From: a virus
Virus record (IMG/VR): IMGVR_UViG_3300011116_000655
Span: 1 to 64,000 of that record
DNA length: 64,000 nucleotides
Strand: one strand, 5' to 3'
In this document: positions 27,463 to 37,756 of the stretch, piece by piece
Numbering within the stretch: the stretch's first letter is position 1
Layout: every line of letters begins with the position of its first letter
Program-made: the position numbers and the translations under genes
The notes under the pieces: generated by a model
The model's input: the letters and a program-made list of their open reading frames with translations, nothing else
Database searches by the model: none
What the model was told of the DNA's origin: nothing

Positions 27463-28334
27463 TAGATTCCTGTAACAGTTGTAGCTGAACCTCTCCAATT
27501 TATTTCACAGATAGGTTCATAAAGCCCTTCGCTATTAATGTTTGATGTATCTGTCCATTCAAGAACACCACCAACATAAATGTTTACGGTAACATCATTT
27601 CTTCCATTATAAACAGAACCAGGATAATCATGAACATAAACAGTATAGATTCCTGCATATGGTGAATCAATGTTGATGTTTTCTGGTCCTGTTCCTGGGA
27701 TATCGTCAAGGTCAAGAATTGGATTATCAGAAGGACCAGAAGAACCCCATTCTAATCCACTTGTACAATTTGCATAGTAACAATCTGTAAAGTAGTCAGT
27801 TAGTGTACCAAATGGTGCTAAAAGATGCAAGTCCATATCGTCACCAGAATTAGTCCAGAACATTTCAATCCATAGACCATCACCAGCAAGTGCATTTAAA
27901 GTTGCATAACAAGGTTCAGAGACTTGTCCAATCTCATTAGTAACAATTAATTGACCTACATACTCTCCTGCTAAATCTGGCGTAAACGAACGTCGGTTAG
28001 CACTACCCGCTGGCATATCAATTAAATTACCTGCTGGTGCTGAATATAAAGTCCATTCATAATTTGTAATTGCATAACCAGCAGTATCGTATGAAGTATT
28101 GCCGATCCAATCTGCTGAACCGTAAATTGCATCAATGTTTGCAGGGTCCACAGAACAAACAGCAATTGGTTGTCCTAATGGCGGTGCGGTATCCTCAATA
28201 GCAGTATCAATAATTGCAGTATCGGCAGTATCATCTGGAATAATAGATGTATCTACAAACCCACTATCGTATGGATCTGGTTTTTTGTTAACCTCATACT
28301 CAGTACAGGCTAACATAAGTAAAGTTGTAATCAT
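27462..28334 (-). CDS. Lipoprotein with PKD-like and YfaP/DUF2135-like domains
   Basis: Lipobox LLMLAC, DT-rich linker, DMDLH and LDLDD..GTGPENI motifs. Confidence 0.7.
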   Translation of the reverse strand: MITTLLMLACTEYEVNKKPDPYDSGFVDTSIIPDDTADTAIIDTAIEDTAPPLGQPIAVCSVDPANIDAIYGSADWIGNTSYDTAGYAITNYEWTLYSAPAGNLIDMPAGSANRRSFTPDLAGEYVGQLIVTNEIGQVSEPCYATLNALAGDGLWIEMFWTNSGDDMDLHLLAPFGTLTDYFTDCYYANCTSGLEWGSSGPSDNPILDLDDIPGTGPENINIDSPYAGIYTVYVHDYPGSVYNGRNDVTVNIYVGGVLEWTDTSNINSEGLYEPICEINWRGSATTVTGI

Positions 28335-28351
28335 TTGTAAACTCCCAAGTA

Positions 28352-29269
28352 CTAAATAGAGTGCAATTCACGATACTTGAATAGTGCAAGCTCTTTCATT
28401 TTTGCTTCAATCATAATGTCTACATCGTGACCATAAGTGTCAATATAACGATAAACATAGTCAGAATGTGCCTGTACAGGACACTTAATCTTCTGTTCCT
28501 CGCAACGAGACTCAGAATAGTGAACAACAGGCTTTACATCACCCCAAGTAGATACGGCAATAGCAAGCGCATCAGAATGAGACATACCCCCACTATGAAG
28601 TGAATGGTGGTGATAATCAAAAACAATCGGAATTGAGGTTCGCTTGAAAATGAAATTGTATAGTTCTTCCACCGTGTATAGAGAAGGCTTATCGTCATTT
28701 TCAAGAGTGAACCTACACTTGATGTTCTCTGGAACAATCTCCCAATTACGGAGAAACTGCTCAATAGCTGCTGTCTTATTCTTGTAAGTTGCGCCAACAT
28801 GGATGTTAATTTTGTTGTAATGTGTGTTAGAAAGCCCCATCAAATCCATAATTTCTGCGTGAACAGTCAAATCCTTGATAGTATTTGTAGTTACTGCCTC
28901 ATTAGAAGAAGTAAGTTTGTTGAACGGGCCAGGATGAAAGCTAAGTCGTTGGTTATTAGCAATAGCATAATCACCACACTTACGGAGCAAAGCAGAAACG
29001 GTTTGAATGTTTGGAAGATTTCTGATACCGTATTCAGATGCCCAAGGGAACATATCGGAAGACATACGGTAAAAGTTAATACCGTTTTGTGTATTCCATT
29101 CAAGAATAGTATAAAGGTCTTTTAGATTCTGCTCAATAAGTTCAGCAGCATAATTGATACCCTTTGCATCAAAAGTCTTACGAATCATTGTACGATTCGT
29201 TGTAACACGGGTCTTGGTAGATTCAGAAAGACCCAAATTAATGCAAGCATAGCCAAGGTTAGTAGACAA
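28352..29269 (-). CDS. uvsE: UV-damage endonuclease (UvsE/UVDE)
   Basis: LGYAC, YRMSS, RLSFHP, INIHVG, LENDD, VFDYHH, HYSE, AHSD, IEAK.KE. Confidence 0.93.
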   Translation of the reverse strand: MSTNLGYACINLGLSESTKTRVTTNRTMIRKTFDAKGINYAAELIEQNLKDLYTILEWNTQNGINFYRMSSDMFPWASEYGIRNLPNIQTVSALLRKCGDYAIANNQRLSFHPGPFNKLTSSNEAVTTNTIKDLTVHAEIMDLMGLSNTHYNKINIHVGATYKNKTAAIEQFLRNWEIVPENIKCRFTLENDDKPSLYTVEELYNFIFKRTSIPIVFDYHHHSLHSGGMSHSDALAIAVSTWGDVKPVVHYSESRCEEQKIKCPVQAHSDYVYRYIDTYGHDVDIMIEAKMKELALFKYRELHSI

Positions 29270-29312
29270 GAGAAACCCTCCAAGGACATACTATCCAAGG
29301 AGGGTCATAGTG

Positions 29313-30101
29313 TCAATGGTTTCTTTTCTTATTTTCTCTCATACCTTTATCAAGTGCAAGCGTTCCGTATTGTTGTCCACCTATTCTTGCTCGTAATGCA
29401 TCCATACCAGCATCTTGAGAAACTGGGCCTAAAGATGCTTGCTGAGAACGACTTGATTGTGTAGAAGCCACATTTTGTGGATTTGTTGGTTCTGGAACTT
29501 TTATGTTCAATACATTTTCGTATTTTTGAATTTCACTTCTATCTAATGTAGGACCAGAAACTTTTCTCATTTCGTGCGCCTCAGAAGAAAATTGTTGTCC
29601 TTTTTCTGCTCTTTTTATAGAAAGAGGAAATACTTCTATAGTATACCCTTTATCATATCTTTTAGCATGGTTGTAGTAAAAGACTATTACTTTTTTTGTT
29701 TTCATTTCAGAAATGTATGTTTCTAATCTTTGTATAGCTAGTTGTTTATTTTCATCATTTTTTGCAATTTTTATTTTGTTGTTGTAGTCATCTAAATCAA
29801 ACTCATAATCTATTAAAAATTCTCTTAATGGTAAAGGAATTAAGTTTGCTTGTTTTTTTTGAATCATTTCTCTAAATTTTGGAAAAAGATTTATAATTTG
29901 AGCACCTGTTACGGATAACAATTCTTCTTTTTCTCCAAGTTCTGAACCTGCTTCACTTACTTCGACTTCCGTATCTATAACTGGTTGGTTTCTTGGTGAT
30001 CCATAAATTGGACCTCTTTCAAAAGGGCTAATTTCATTTAGCAATCCAACAAGTTCTTCTCTAATAACTTGTCTAAGTTGTGATTCTGTTAATCTTTTCA
30101 T
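29313..30101 (-). CDS. Hypothetical protein with 'LTESQLR' N-terminal tag
   Basis: MKRLTESQLRQVIREEL; late motif upstream. Confidence 0.7.
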   Translation of the reverse strand: MKRLTESQLRQVIREELVGLLNEISPFERGPIYGSPRNQPVIDTEVEVSEAGSELGEKEELLSVTGAQIINLFPKFREMIQKKQANLIPLPLREFLIDYEFDLDDYNNKIKIAKNDENKQLAIQRLETYISEMKTKKVIVFYYNHAKRYDKGYTIEVFPLSIKRAEKGQQFSSEAHEMRKVSGPTLDRSEIQKYENVLNIKVPEPTNPQNVASTQSSRSQQASLGPVSQDAGMDALRARIGGQQYGTLALDKGMRENKKRNH

Positions 30102-30139
30102 AAAAATGGGTTCCTTACCAATTAAATAGTAAGGAACCC
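30102..30139 (-). terminator. dnaE terminator-like hairpin overlapping the ACTATTTA late motif
   Basis: GGGTTCCTTAC/GTAAGGAACCC 11-bp stem followed by ATTTTT. Confidence 0.7.
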
Positions 30140-30143
30140 TTAA

Positions 30144-33100
30144 TTATGCCAACAATCTAAGTTGTTTTGCTACGTTGTTGATACTAAATCCCCAATCATC
30201 ATGATTTGGTTTTACCATGTAAGGACGATTGGTAAACACAACATCTTTCTCTTTTATACCCCAACACTTGATTTTAACTTCTGTGTTGGTACTATCGATT
30301 GCGTTTAATACCCAATAATCTTTACCTGTTGCAGTTTTCTTCTTTTCAATCTCGCGGACAACAAACCAAGCAAGTCCAAGTTCTTCATCGTATTCAGAAA
30401 TTGGTGGAATCATCTTCTCTTGAAGTCTAATCATAATTTCTGGAGATACAACAAGGTTCATTGGGTATACACCTGTAAGTTGTGTAAGATACTCAATTTT
30501 CTCTTCGTTTGAAAACTCACCTTCTGGTTTATAAGTCTCAATGTTTTCCAGTAAGTTCTTAAGCTTACGAGGTCTATCTACTGCTACCGCTGACCAGAAG
30601 TGTTTTGCTCCTGTAAATCTGTTGTCAATAAGACAATTACAAGCACCAGAACGAATCAATACATCAAGGGCTTTTTTATTCAACTTGCTGTATACGATGT
30701 TTTCGTTGAAGATAAAATCTTCTACTGTTTTGAATGGACGATTGTTGAAGATTTGTTGGATAGCTACTTCACCAAGACCTTTAATCGAAGAAAGAGGTTG
30801 GATTAGAGTTTCACCATCTTCCGAAATCTCCCATACCATACCAGAAGTATTAAGGTTTAGAGGTTCAATTTTGAAACCCATAGATTTTGCAAGATTAATT
30901 GCATACTCTTTGTTTTTTGCATCCTCTTTATCAAGGAATGCTGCTATCCATTCTGCCTTGTAGTAAGTCAAAAGCCAAGCACATTGATACGAAAGGATTG
31001 AATAGCAAACGGCATGAGACTTATTGAAGCCGTAACCCGAAAAATACTCAAATGTTTCCCAAAGTTTCTGGGCTTCTTTTTGCTCAATACCTTTTTCAAC
31101 ACAACCTTCGATAAATTTGTGGTGAATTTTATCTTTCTCTTCAAATCCTTTTCCAGTTCCTTTCTTTGTTAGAAGTTTACGAAGTTTATTACCTTCATCG
31201 AGATCAACATTTTTGCCAAGTTTATGAGCAAGAATAGCAATCTGTTCTTGGAAGATCAAAAAGCCATAAGTTTGCTTTGTAACTTCTTTAATTATTGGAT
31301 GAATGTATTTAATACTTTCTGGATCTTCAACTGCTGCAACATAGAGTTTGTCTACATCTGCTCCAAGAGGGCCAGGACGATAAATAGAAGTAATTGCAGA
31401 TACATCGATGATGTTTCTTGGTTTTACTTTCTTACAAAACTCTTGAACAGGTGCTTCAGTAAATTGGAAGACACCAGCAAAGTTACCTTTTTCAAATACG
31501 TTCTTGTAAACCTTCTTATCATTTAGGTTCATTTTGTCTGGATGAAGATGCTCATTATAGAATGCTTTTACATCTTCAAATGTAGGATCTTTAATGCCCT
31601 TATGACGCTTAAGAACATGCCTAATTGCACCTTCAATCATTCTCAAAGAAGCAATACCTAGAATGTCAAACTTAATGAAACCCATTGGCTCCAAGTGACG
31701 AACGTTTTGACCCTCTGACCAAGGAGTTTGACGTACACCATCGGAATTAATGAGAGGCATGTATTGATCAAGGTTTTCACCAACCACAACACCACCAGCA
31801 TGACGGGAACAACTACGAACCTGTCCATAAAGTGCGTTAATGTGTTCTGCAATGTGAGGATACTTTCTCAAAAATCCTTGAAGAGTTGAAGAATACTCTT
31901 TTACCTCTTCAAATGTTGGCGTATAAACACCAGATTTAATGCCATGCTTCTGCTTTGCAAGAGGGGTTGCCTCAAGCATCATTTTACTGGTTACTTCATT
32001 TACTTCTTTAAACTCAATGTTGTAGAATTTACTAATGTCTTTTACAAGAGACTTTAGCTGTAGAGTATTCCAGTTAGAAATAGGAACAACTGTTGTATCA
32101 CCCCACTCTTTGATTAGTATGTCTTTCAAAACCATTGGGTCTGCAACGTCATAATCAATGTCTGGGAATCCATCTTGATTCTTTGTCATGAAACGCTCAA
32201 ACAGAAGCCCATGTTTGATTGGGTCTACTTGAGTAATTCCAAGAACATACGAGACAAGAGAACCAGCAGCAGAGCCACGACCTGGACCTACTAGCTGCAT
32301 TGTTTGTGCTTTGTCAGAAATAGCCTTCATTGTAAGGAAGTATTTGCTAAACCCTCTATCTTCAATAATTTCAAGTTCTTGGTCAAGTTGCTTAATGTAA
32401 TTTATTTTGTCAAGAAGTCCAAGATTACGCATACCTTCCATAGAATAATGACGAAGAGCCTCACCAGCAGTAAACCCAGCAGGTACTACAAAGTTTGGAA
32501 GTCTAACTGTTGTATCTGGCATGAAGTTTTCAATACGTTTGTGAGCAATTTCATAACTATTTGTAATGCTCTTCATAACCAAACTGTCTTGATAATGAAC
32601 GTTTCCTTCCTTGGAATACTTTTTGTAAGCATCCCACATCTGTTCACCATTCTTTGGATAAAGTTCGTATCCAATTTCATCTACACCAGCAGGAAGCTCA
32701 GAATTACCTTCTGCCCACTCTGGTCTGCCTTTGCCAAGCCAACCAAGACGCTTATAAAGCTCACGGTCTTTCCAAGCATTAGGATTTGGATAATGGCTAT
32801 CACAAGTAGATACAAGTTGAATGTCAAATTCCTCTTGCATCTTGATAATGTACTTATTTAGAATGTGCTGCTCTGGTACATTATTCCATTGTAGTTCGCC
32901 ATACCAACGGTCACCAAAAATGGAAACCATTCGCTTAGTTACTGTACGAAATGAATCAAGAATAGCTTCCTCACCCTTATCCTTATTCTCCCAATAACAG
33001 CCAGCATAAACTCCACCAAGGCAAGCAGAGAGAGCAATTATACCCTCGTTATACTTCTCCAACATCGCATAATCCATACGAGGATAGCGATAATAATTTT

Positions 33101-33563
33101 CAGTCTTATAACTTTCAGAAACAAGCTTGAAAATGTTGTTTAGACCTTGCTGATTTTGTGCAAGAAGAACAAGGTGTCGTCGGCGATTAAGAATAGACTT
33201 AATCTCCTTTTTAGAAGCCCCTTCATCTTCTACAATTGCACCCGTAACAGATTCATCATCTGCTGTTTTATTCTTTTTATCTTCTTTTTGTTTATCATAT
33301 TCTGTTCGCCATTCATCAAGAGAAGAAATGAAATAAGCTTCAACACCAAAGATTGGCTTGAACTCTTTACCTTCTTTCTTCATCTTTTTAGCATGAAGAA
33401 CCTGCCAAGAAAGACCATTCATGTTTCCGTGGTCAGTCAAAGCAAGTGCATCCATACCATTTGAATAAGCAAAATCCATGTGGTCTGGTGGGTAACCCAT
33501 ACCATCAAAAATAGAACCTGCTACAGAATGTGCGTGCAATCCAACAAATGGAATCGTATTCAT
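30144..33563 (-). CDS. dnaE: DNA polymerase III alpha subunit (family C)
   Basis: PHP domain (LHAHS, TDHG, DSHY), GRGSAAGSLV, PDIDYD, KFDILG, FNKSHA. Confidence 0.97.
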   Translation of the reverse strand: MNTIPFVGLHAHSVAGSIFDGMGYPPDHMDFAYSNGMDALALTDHGNMNGLSWQVLHAKKMKKEGKEFKPIFGVEAYFISSLDEWRTEYDKQKEDKKNKTADDESVTGAIVEDEGASKKEIKSILNRRRHLVLLAQNQQGLNNIFKLVSESYKTENYYRYPRMDYAMLEKYNEGIIALSACLGGVYAGCYWENKDKGEEAILDSFRTVTKRMVSIFGDRWYGELQWNNVPEQHILNKYIIKMQEEFDIQLVSTCDSHYPNPNAWKDRELYKRLGWLGKGRPEWAEGNSELPAGVDEIGYELYPKNGEQMWDAYKKYSKEGNVHYQDSLVMKSITNSYEIAHKRIENFMPDTTVRLPNFVVPAGFTAGEALRHYSMEGMRNLGLLDKINYIKQLDQELEIIEDRGFSKYFLTMKAISDKAQTMQLVGPGRGSAAGSLVSYVLGITQVDPIKHGLLFERFMTKNQDGFPDIDYDVADPMVLKDILIKEWGDTTVVPISNWNTLQLKSLVKDISKFYNIEFKEVNEVTSKMMLEATPLAKQKHGIKSGVYTPTFEEVKEYSSTLQGFLRKYPHIAEHINALYGQVRSCSRHAGGVVVGENLDQYMPLINSDGVRQTPWSEGQNVRHLEPMGFIKFDILGIASLRMIEGAIRHVLKRHKGIKDPTFEDVKAFYNEHLHPDKMNLNDKKVYKNVFEKGNFAGVFQFTEAPVQEFCKKVKPRNIIDVSAITSIYRPGPLGADVDKLYVAAVEDPESIKYIHPIIKEVTKQTYGFLIFQEQIAILAHKLGKNVDLDEGNKLRKLLTKKGTGKGFEEKDKIHHKFIEGCVEKGIEQKEAQKLWETFEYFSGYGFNKSHAVCYSILSYQCAWLLTYYKAEWIAAFLDKEDAKNKEYAINLAKSMGFKIEPLNLNTSGMVWEISEDGETLIQPLSSIKGLGEVAIQQIFNNRPFKTVEDFIFNENIVYSKLNKKALDVLIRSGACNCLIDNRFTGAKHFWSAVAVDRPRKLKNLLENIETYKPEGEFSNEEKIEYLTQLTGVYPMNLVVSPEIMIRLQEKMIPPISEYDEELGLAWFVVREIEKKKTATGKDYWVLNAIDSTNTEVKIKCWGIKEKDVVFTNRPYMVKPNHDDWGFSINNVAKQLRLLA

Positions 33564-34010
33564 TTATCCCTCGTAGTCGTCATAGTCTGGTTCTGGAGTA
33601 TAACTGTCTCCCTTCCAGTAAGCAACTACTTCTTCTGTATCGTCTTGACAGTCTTCGTTTAGACTACCGCTAATAGGCATTGTATCTGTATCGTGTGGTA
33701 CAAAAATGCTTTGCATAAGCTCTCCATCTGTAAATTTAAGTTTCCAAGTTGTATAAGCACCATACATTTCAAACCACCCATGATGGTTTGTATCTACTGT
33801 TTCTTGTTCAACAGCACGAAAAATACCAAAAACAGGATGCTTTCTTTCGCTTTCTGGTACAATTTCAATTCTACGCTTAATAAGCCAAAGTCTCTTATCT
33901 TTAATAAAGTAATTATCTAGATAAGAACCAAGATCTTTAGTTTGGTACTCTCCAGCATCTGGTCCGTTTTCTATACTTTCCACAACTTCAATTGTATCAA
34001 ACATCCCCAT
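33564..34010 (-). CDS. Hypothetical phage protein
   Basis: MGMFDTI...YQTKDL...KFTDG. Confidence 0.7.
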   Translation of the reverse strand: MGMFDTIEVVESIENGPDAGEYQTKDLGSYLDNYFIKDKRLWLIKRRIEIVPESERKHPVFGIFRAVEQETVDTNHHGWFEMYGAYTTWKLKFTDGELMQSIFVPHDTDTMPISGSLNEDCQDDTEEVVAYWKGDSYTPEPDYDDYEG

Positions 34011-34887
34011 CTTGTTCTTCCTCCTCTTCGTCTAACATACCGTATAACGTGTATGGTGTCTTTGTAAAGTACTTTTTTATAGTAGATTGATTGTAGTATT
34101 TAGTTTCTGATGAACCCAAAAAACTACAATAATTTTTCCAACTATCAATTCTGTGGTATGAATGAAGCTTGTTAGGTTTATAGTCTGTTATTATACTACT
34201 ATTAAAAACGTCGTCAATGGTGTATTCAATCCAAGGTTTATCTAACTTTCTTTTGTTGATTATGTCTCTAAACATTTTAAATTGTTTTCTTGAAAAAGTA
34301 AATCCTAAGTATTCACCATCTAAAACAGTTTTTCCATCTTTTGTAGAATGAAGATAATTTTCGTATGTACTAAACCTTTCTCTATTTTTAGCAATTTGCC
34401 TTGGAGCATAAACTCCATAAGGAAAAGCTACATAATACATTGCAGGTAACAACCATTTAGACATTTTATAACTTGTATAGTATGCATAATAAGCACCTTG
34501 TACAACAGAAAATGGAAGACTTGTTTTATACCTTTTATTTTGTAAAATTGGTACGTAATAAATTGGTATCTTTTTAAACATTACAGTATTAAAACCTTCT
34601 GGGGTTTTATGCTTAAAATAACTTCTAACTGGGTCGTATACAAACTCACCAATTTTATTTTTAAGTACTCTGCTTATGTCTTGATTGCATACTACCCAAA
34701 TAGTTTCACAACCAGCCCAAGCACATTCAAGTATAGCTCTTTCAACTGCCGTATAGTTTTGTGCTATAGGCATCATAGCATCGGGCCAAGGCATGTTAAA
34801 ATCTAAACTTTTACCTGCGATTGGGACGATACCTGCCAAGTGCGAGATCTTCGACGTTGTAAGCTGATCTTCATTAATTTGTTGCAT
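33997..34887 (-). CDS. Divergent nucleotidyltransferase-like (GT-A) protein
   Basis: AGIVPIAG...P.AMMPI...ECAWAGCETIWVV resembles the NTP_transferase N-terminus. Confidence 0.55.
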   Translation of the reverse strand: MQQINEDQLTTSKISHLAGIVPIAGKSLDFNMPWPDAMMPIAQNYTAVERAILECAWAGCETIWVVCNQDISRVLKNKIGEFVYDPVRSYFKHKTPEGFNTVMFKKIPIYYVPILQNKRYKTSLPFSVVQGAYYAYYTSYKMSKWLLPAMYYVAFPYGVYAPRQIAKNRERFSTYENYLHSTKDGKTVLDGEYLGFTFSRKQFKMFRDIINKRKLDKPWIEYTIDDVFNSSIITDYKPNKLHSYHRIDSWKNYCSFLGSSETKYYNQSTIKKYFTKTPYTLYGMLDEEEEEQDGDV

Positions 34888-35753
34888 AAGACATACTCCA
34901 GTATAGGCAATCTACCAAACATTCCAATTACTTCATCTGCCGTCAAGGACATAAATTTAATGTTGTCCGTATCTCTAAACACGTTTGGTTTTTCTTTTTC
35001 TATTACTCTGCTAACAAACGAATAAAGAACTGGTCTGTATTTTTGCGTTCCACTTTTATGAAATCCGTTTTCACAGCCTTTCATGTTGTATTTTTCAAAC
35101 TGTTCTTTCAAAATAAATTTAATGTTGTAATCTGTAAGACCATCTTGAACATCTCGTAAGGAGTGACAATAAGAAATTAAACAACCATCTTTTGCTCTTT
35201 TTTCGTTTGAGGGTGGAAGAAACCAAATTTGATTTACATAATCATAATCTGTATAAATTACATCATACGACTTATCCATAAATTTTAATTTATTAAATTG
35301 TACAAAGTCTTTAACTATGTATTTGTCATTAACAACAATTGGATCTGGTAGACCTTCCACACCTTGATCATCAAAAACTAAAATTTCTTCTGCTTCTATT
35401 TTTATTAGTCTTGAATTTTGCGTAGATAATTTAACTAATCCATCATCTATTCTTATTGATTGTAGGTTAGTAGCTGGCAATAAGCCACGAAGCGATAAAA
35501 CAAAAACTAACCGACCCCAAAGTATTTCTTTTTGAGGTCTGGTTAGTATTGTTCCTTTATTAGTATCCAACTCATGTAGTTCTGGAAACACATGGAGAAA
35601 CCTGTAGTCTTGTCCTACTGTTAAACTATCAAAAACAGTAGGTACTTTTGGTACTACATAGAATACTGGTGTTTTAGTATAAAGTGCATATAATAGTGAT
35701 TCAAGTGTCGCACCTATTATAATTCTTTTATGCTTGTGTATGGTTCCTTTCAT
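34803..35753 (-). CDS. Hypothetical protein with a degenerate Rossmann-like start
   Basis: RIIIGATLESLLYA. Confidence 0.55.
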   Translation of the reverse strand: MKGTIHKHKRIIIGATLESLLYALYTKTPVFYVVPKVPTVFDSLTVGQDYRFLHVFPELHELDTNKGTILTRPQKEILWGRLVFVLSLRGLLPATNLQSIRIDDGLVKLSTQNSRLIKIEAEEILVFDDQGVEGLPDPIVVNDKYIVKDFVQFNKLKFMDKSYDVIYTDYDYVNQIWFLPPSNEKRAKDGCLISYCHSLRDVQDGLTDYNIKFILKEQFEKYNMKGCENGFHKSGTQKYRPVLYSFVSRVIEKEKPNVFRDTDNIKFMSLTADEVIGMFGRLPILEYVLCNKLMKISLQRRRSRTWQVSSQSQVKV

Positions 35754-36444
35754 CTACAATTCTTCTATAAGCTGCTACAGTCTTTGGATACAGTTCACTT
35801 GCAATTTCTAAGCAAGCCTCTGCAACTTTTTGGATTTCCCATTGTGCCCCTTCATGACTTCTAAGATCAATAAATTTTAGAAGATTAGAAAGATTAACTG
35901 TTCCATAATACTCTGTATACATGGCTTGTGGAAGAACCATTCTTGCTTGTTCTCTACAAACACCGTTATCAATTAATTTATTAAACAGAGTAAGAGAGTG
36001 CTTGAAGTGTCCAGCAACAATTGATGATGCAGGGTGTTGAATTCCAAAACCCTCATTGTGGAACATAGGATCGAATGTCTCATTGGTCGAAGCCTGTCTA
36101 TTAGAAGCATGTTGTTTACGGTATCCTTTTGGCTCATAGAATTCGATGTTAAAGTCTGTGTATCTACGACTAATTTCATTATAAGACCAAGTACGGTGCC
36201 TGTGATGTTGTGAGCGTACAAACAGAGGTACTTTGAATCTAAAAGTAATTAGGTTGTGTTCTAATACAGAAGTATGTCTATGACGGATAAGATAATCAAT
36301 AAGCTTTTCATCTTTATCATCTAACTCTTCCTTGTGTTTACCAAACGAAACACGGGCTGAGTTGACCACAGTAAGGTCAGAACCCATATAATCTACAAGT
36401 TCTACCTTACCAATACCATCACCATATAGATCAATAGATTTCAT
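35728..36444 (-). CDS. thyX: Flavin-dependent thymidylate synthase
   Basis: ARVSF, HTSVLEH, RHRTWSYNEISRRY, AQWEI. Confidence 0.96.
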   Translation of the reverse strand: MKSIDLYGDGIGKVELVDYMGSDLTVVNSARVSFGKHKEELDDKDEKLIDYLIRHRHTSVLEHNLITFRFKVPLFVRSQHHRHRTWSYNEISRRYTDFNIEFYEPKGYRKQHASNRQASTNETFDPMFHNEGFGIQHPASSIVAGHFKHSLTLFNKLIDNGVCREQARMVLPQAMYTEYYGTVNLSNLLKFIDLRSHEGAQWEIQKVAEACLEIASELYPKTVAAYRRIVDERNHTQA

Positions 36445-36927
36445 TTATTCCTCTTCTTTGTGAAGTGGTCCATCCTTTGGTGGTTGTGCTTTAGTACCAA
36501 AGTAATAAGCAAATACCATTAAACAAGTTTGCTGAATAAATTCAAGTATCTTCATTGATTCGTTACCATGAAGAAGTTGAGTAGAAGGACCAGCTACAAT
36601 CTTATCAGCTACGAAAATACCTGCAATAAGCGCAAACATTGTAGTTACAAACTGTGTCAAAGCTGAATGGTCAGACGCTGCCTTTCTATAAATGTACTGA
36701 ACAACACCGATTACTGCTGTTACAATAGCAACTGCAAAAAATACAGCAATCATTGTTGACCCATAAGTGTCATAAAGACTTGGGTATTGTCTCTGACCGT
36801 TTAGCACAGCAGGAAGGTCAGCTAAATCTTCAGTTGTTGTGGTAGCTTGTACTGTTACAGGTTCATCTGCAAATGGTGCTTCTTCCTCGTTTGCAATTAC
36901 TGGTGCATTTTCTTCTAATGGTTCCAT
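36445..36927 (-). CDS. Membrane protein with 3 TM helices (holin-like?)
   Basis: Three hydrophobic segments ending VFAYYFGT. Confidence 0.55.
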   Translation of the reverse strand: MEPLEENAPVIANEEEAPFADEPVTVQATTTTEDLADLPAVLNGQRQYPSLYDTYGSTMIAVFFAVAIVTAVIGVVQYIYRKAASDHSALTQFVTTMFALIAGIFVADKIVAGPSTQLLHGNESMKILEFIQQTCLMVFAYYFGTKAQPPKDGPLHKEEE

Positions 36928-36929
36928 TT

Positions 36930-37187
36930 TTATTCCTCGCTAATTACGGCTTTACTTACAAGTGCGTTATGACTTTCTACAAGTTCATCAATGTTAATTT
37001 TTGCCTTTGACAGTCTATAAGCCTTAACTGCCATTTTAATATCTTCCTTTGTAAGCCAAGCGTTATCTACATAGTCTTGTCGAAGCTCTTTCATCTGTTC
37101 TTTGAAAGGCGTAATACATTCTTCAATCGAGGCAAGACTACGAATGTAATTCGCAATGTGTTCCTCACGACTTAGTGCATCAGACAT
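36930..37187 (-). CDS. GapR / T4 DsbA-like DNA-binding protein
   Basis: YIRSL..IE...KEQMKELR...IKMAVKAYR helical pattern. Confidence 0.55.
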   Translation of the reverse strand: MSDALSREEHIANYIRSLASIEECITPFKEQMKELRQDYVDNAWLTKEDIKMAVKAYRLSKAKINIDELVESHNALVSKAVISEE

Positions 37188-37468
37188 TAATCCTCCTTAG
37201 TTACGGTTGCTAAAACATGATTTTCTTGAATTAGATAATGTGTTTGATTATCTATTTCTATTTCTTCCAACATATGTGTAGGAACCAAAATTAAGCTTTC
37301 TGGTTCATACTTCTCTGTCGAATCCTCTATAACACGGACAACCTTGTATGGCTTCTCTTTTTCTTTATAATCTGTTGGTAGAACGAAAGCGTGTTGTGGT
37401 TGCAATACTGCTTTAACCGCTAGTTGTTCAACAAGCAAGTATTTATTTCTTGGAGACAAATAATACAT
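37187..37468 (-). CDS. groS: Co-chaperonin GroES-like protein
   Basis: LSPRNKYLLVE...FVLP...VVRV...YLIQENHVLA. Confidence 0.7.
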   Translation of the reverse strand: MYYLSPRNKYLLVEQLAVKAVLQPQHAFVLPTDYKEKEKPYKVVRVIEDSTEKYEPESLILVPTHMLEEIEIDNQTHYLIQENHVLATVTKED

Positions 37469-37692
37469 TATACACCTAATACCTTTTTGTGAGTTTCATA
37501 TTCTTCTTTTGATAAGAAATTTGTTGTTCTTGCATTACAATACTTACAATAAAAATCTACCTGTATAGAATTGTTAAATTTTGTTTCTATATTTCCTGTT
37601 GGTAACCAATAATGAGTTCTACTATCTGGTGAAGGGAAACATTTTTTATCTTGTTCTTGTCTTGCAACTAAATGATTACATTTTGTAGACAT
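37468..37692 (-). CDS. Small Cys/His hypothetical protein
   Basis: Start MSTKC after AGGAGG; FYCKYC. Confidence 0.6.
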   Translation of the reverse strand: MSTKCNHLVARQEQDKKCFPSPDSRTHYWLPTGNIETKFNNSIQVDFYCKYCNARTTNFLSKEEYETHKKVLGV

Positions 37693-37756
37693 AAAAAACC
37701 TCCTAATCAATTATTATTAAAATAATCAATTAGGAGGCTTATGTCAAGTTATTTTA

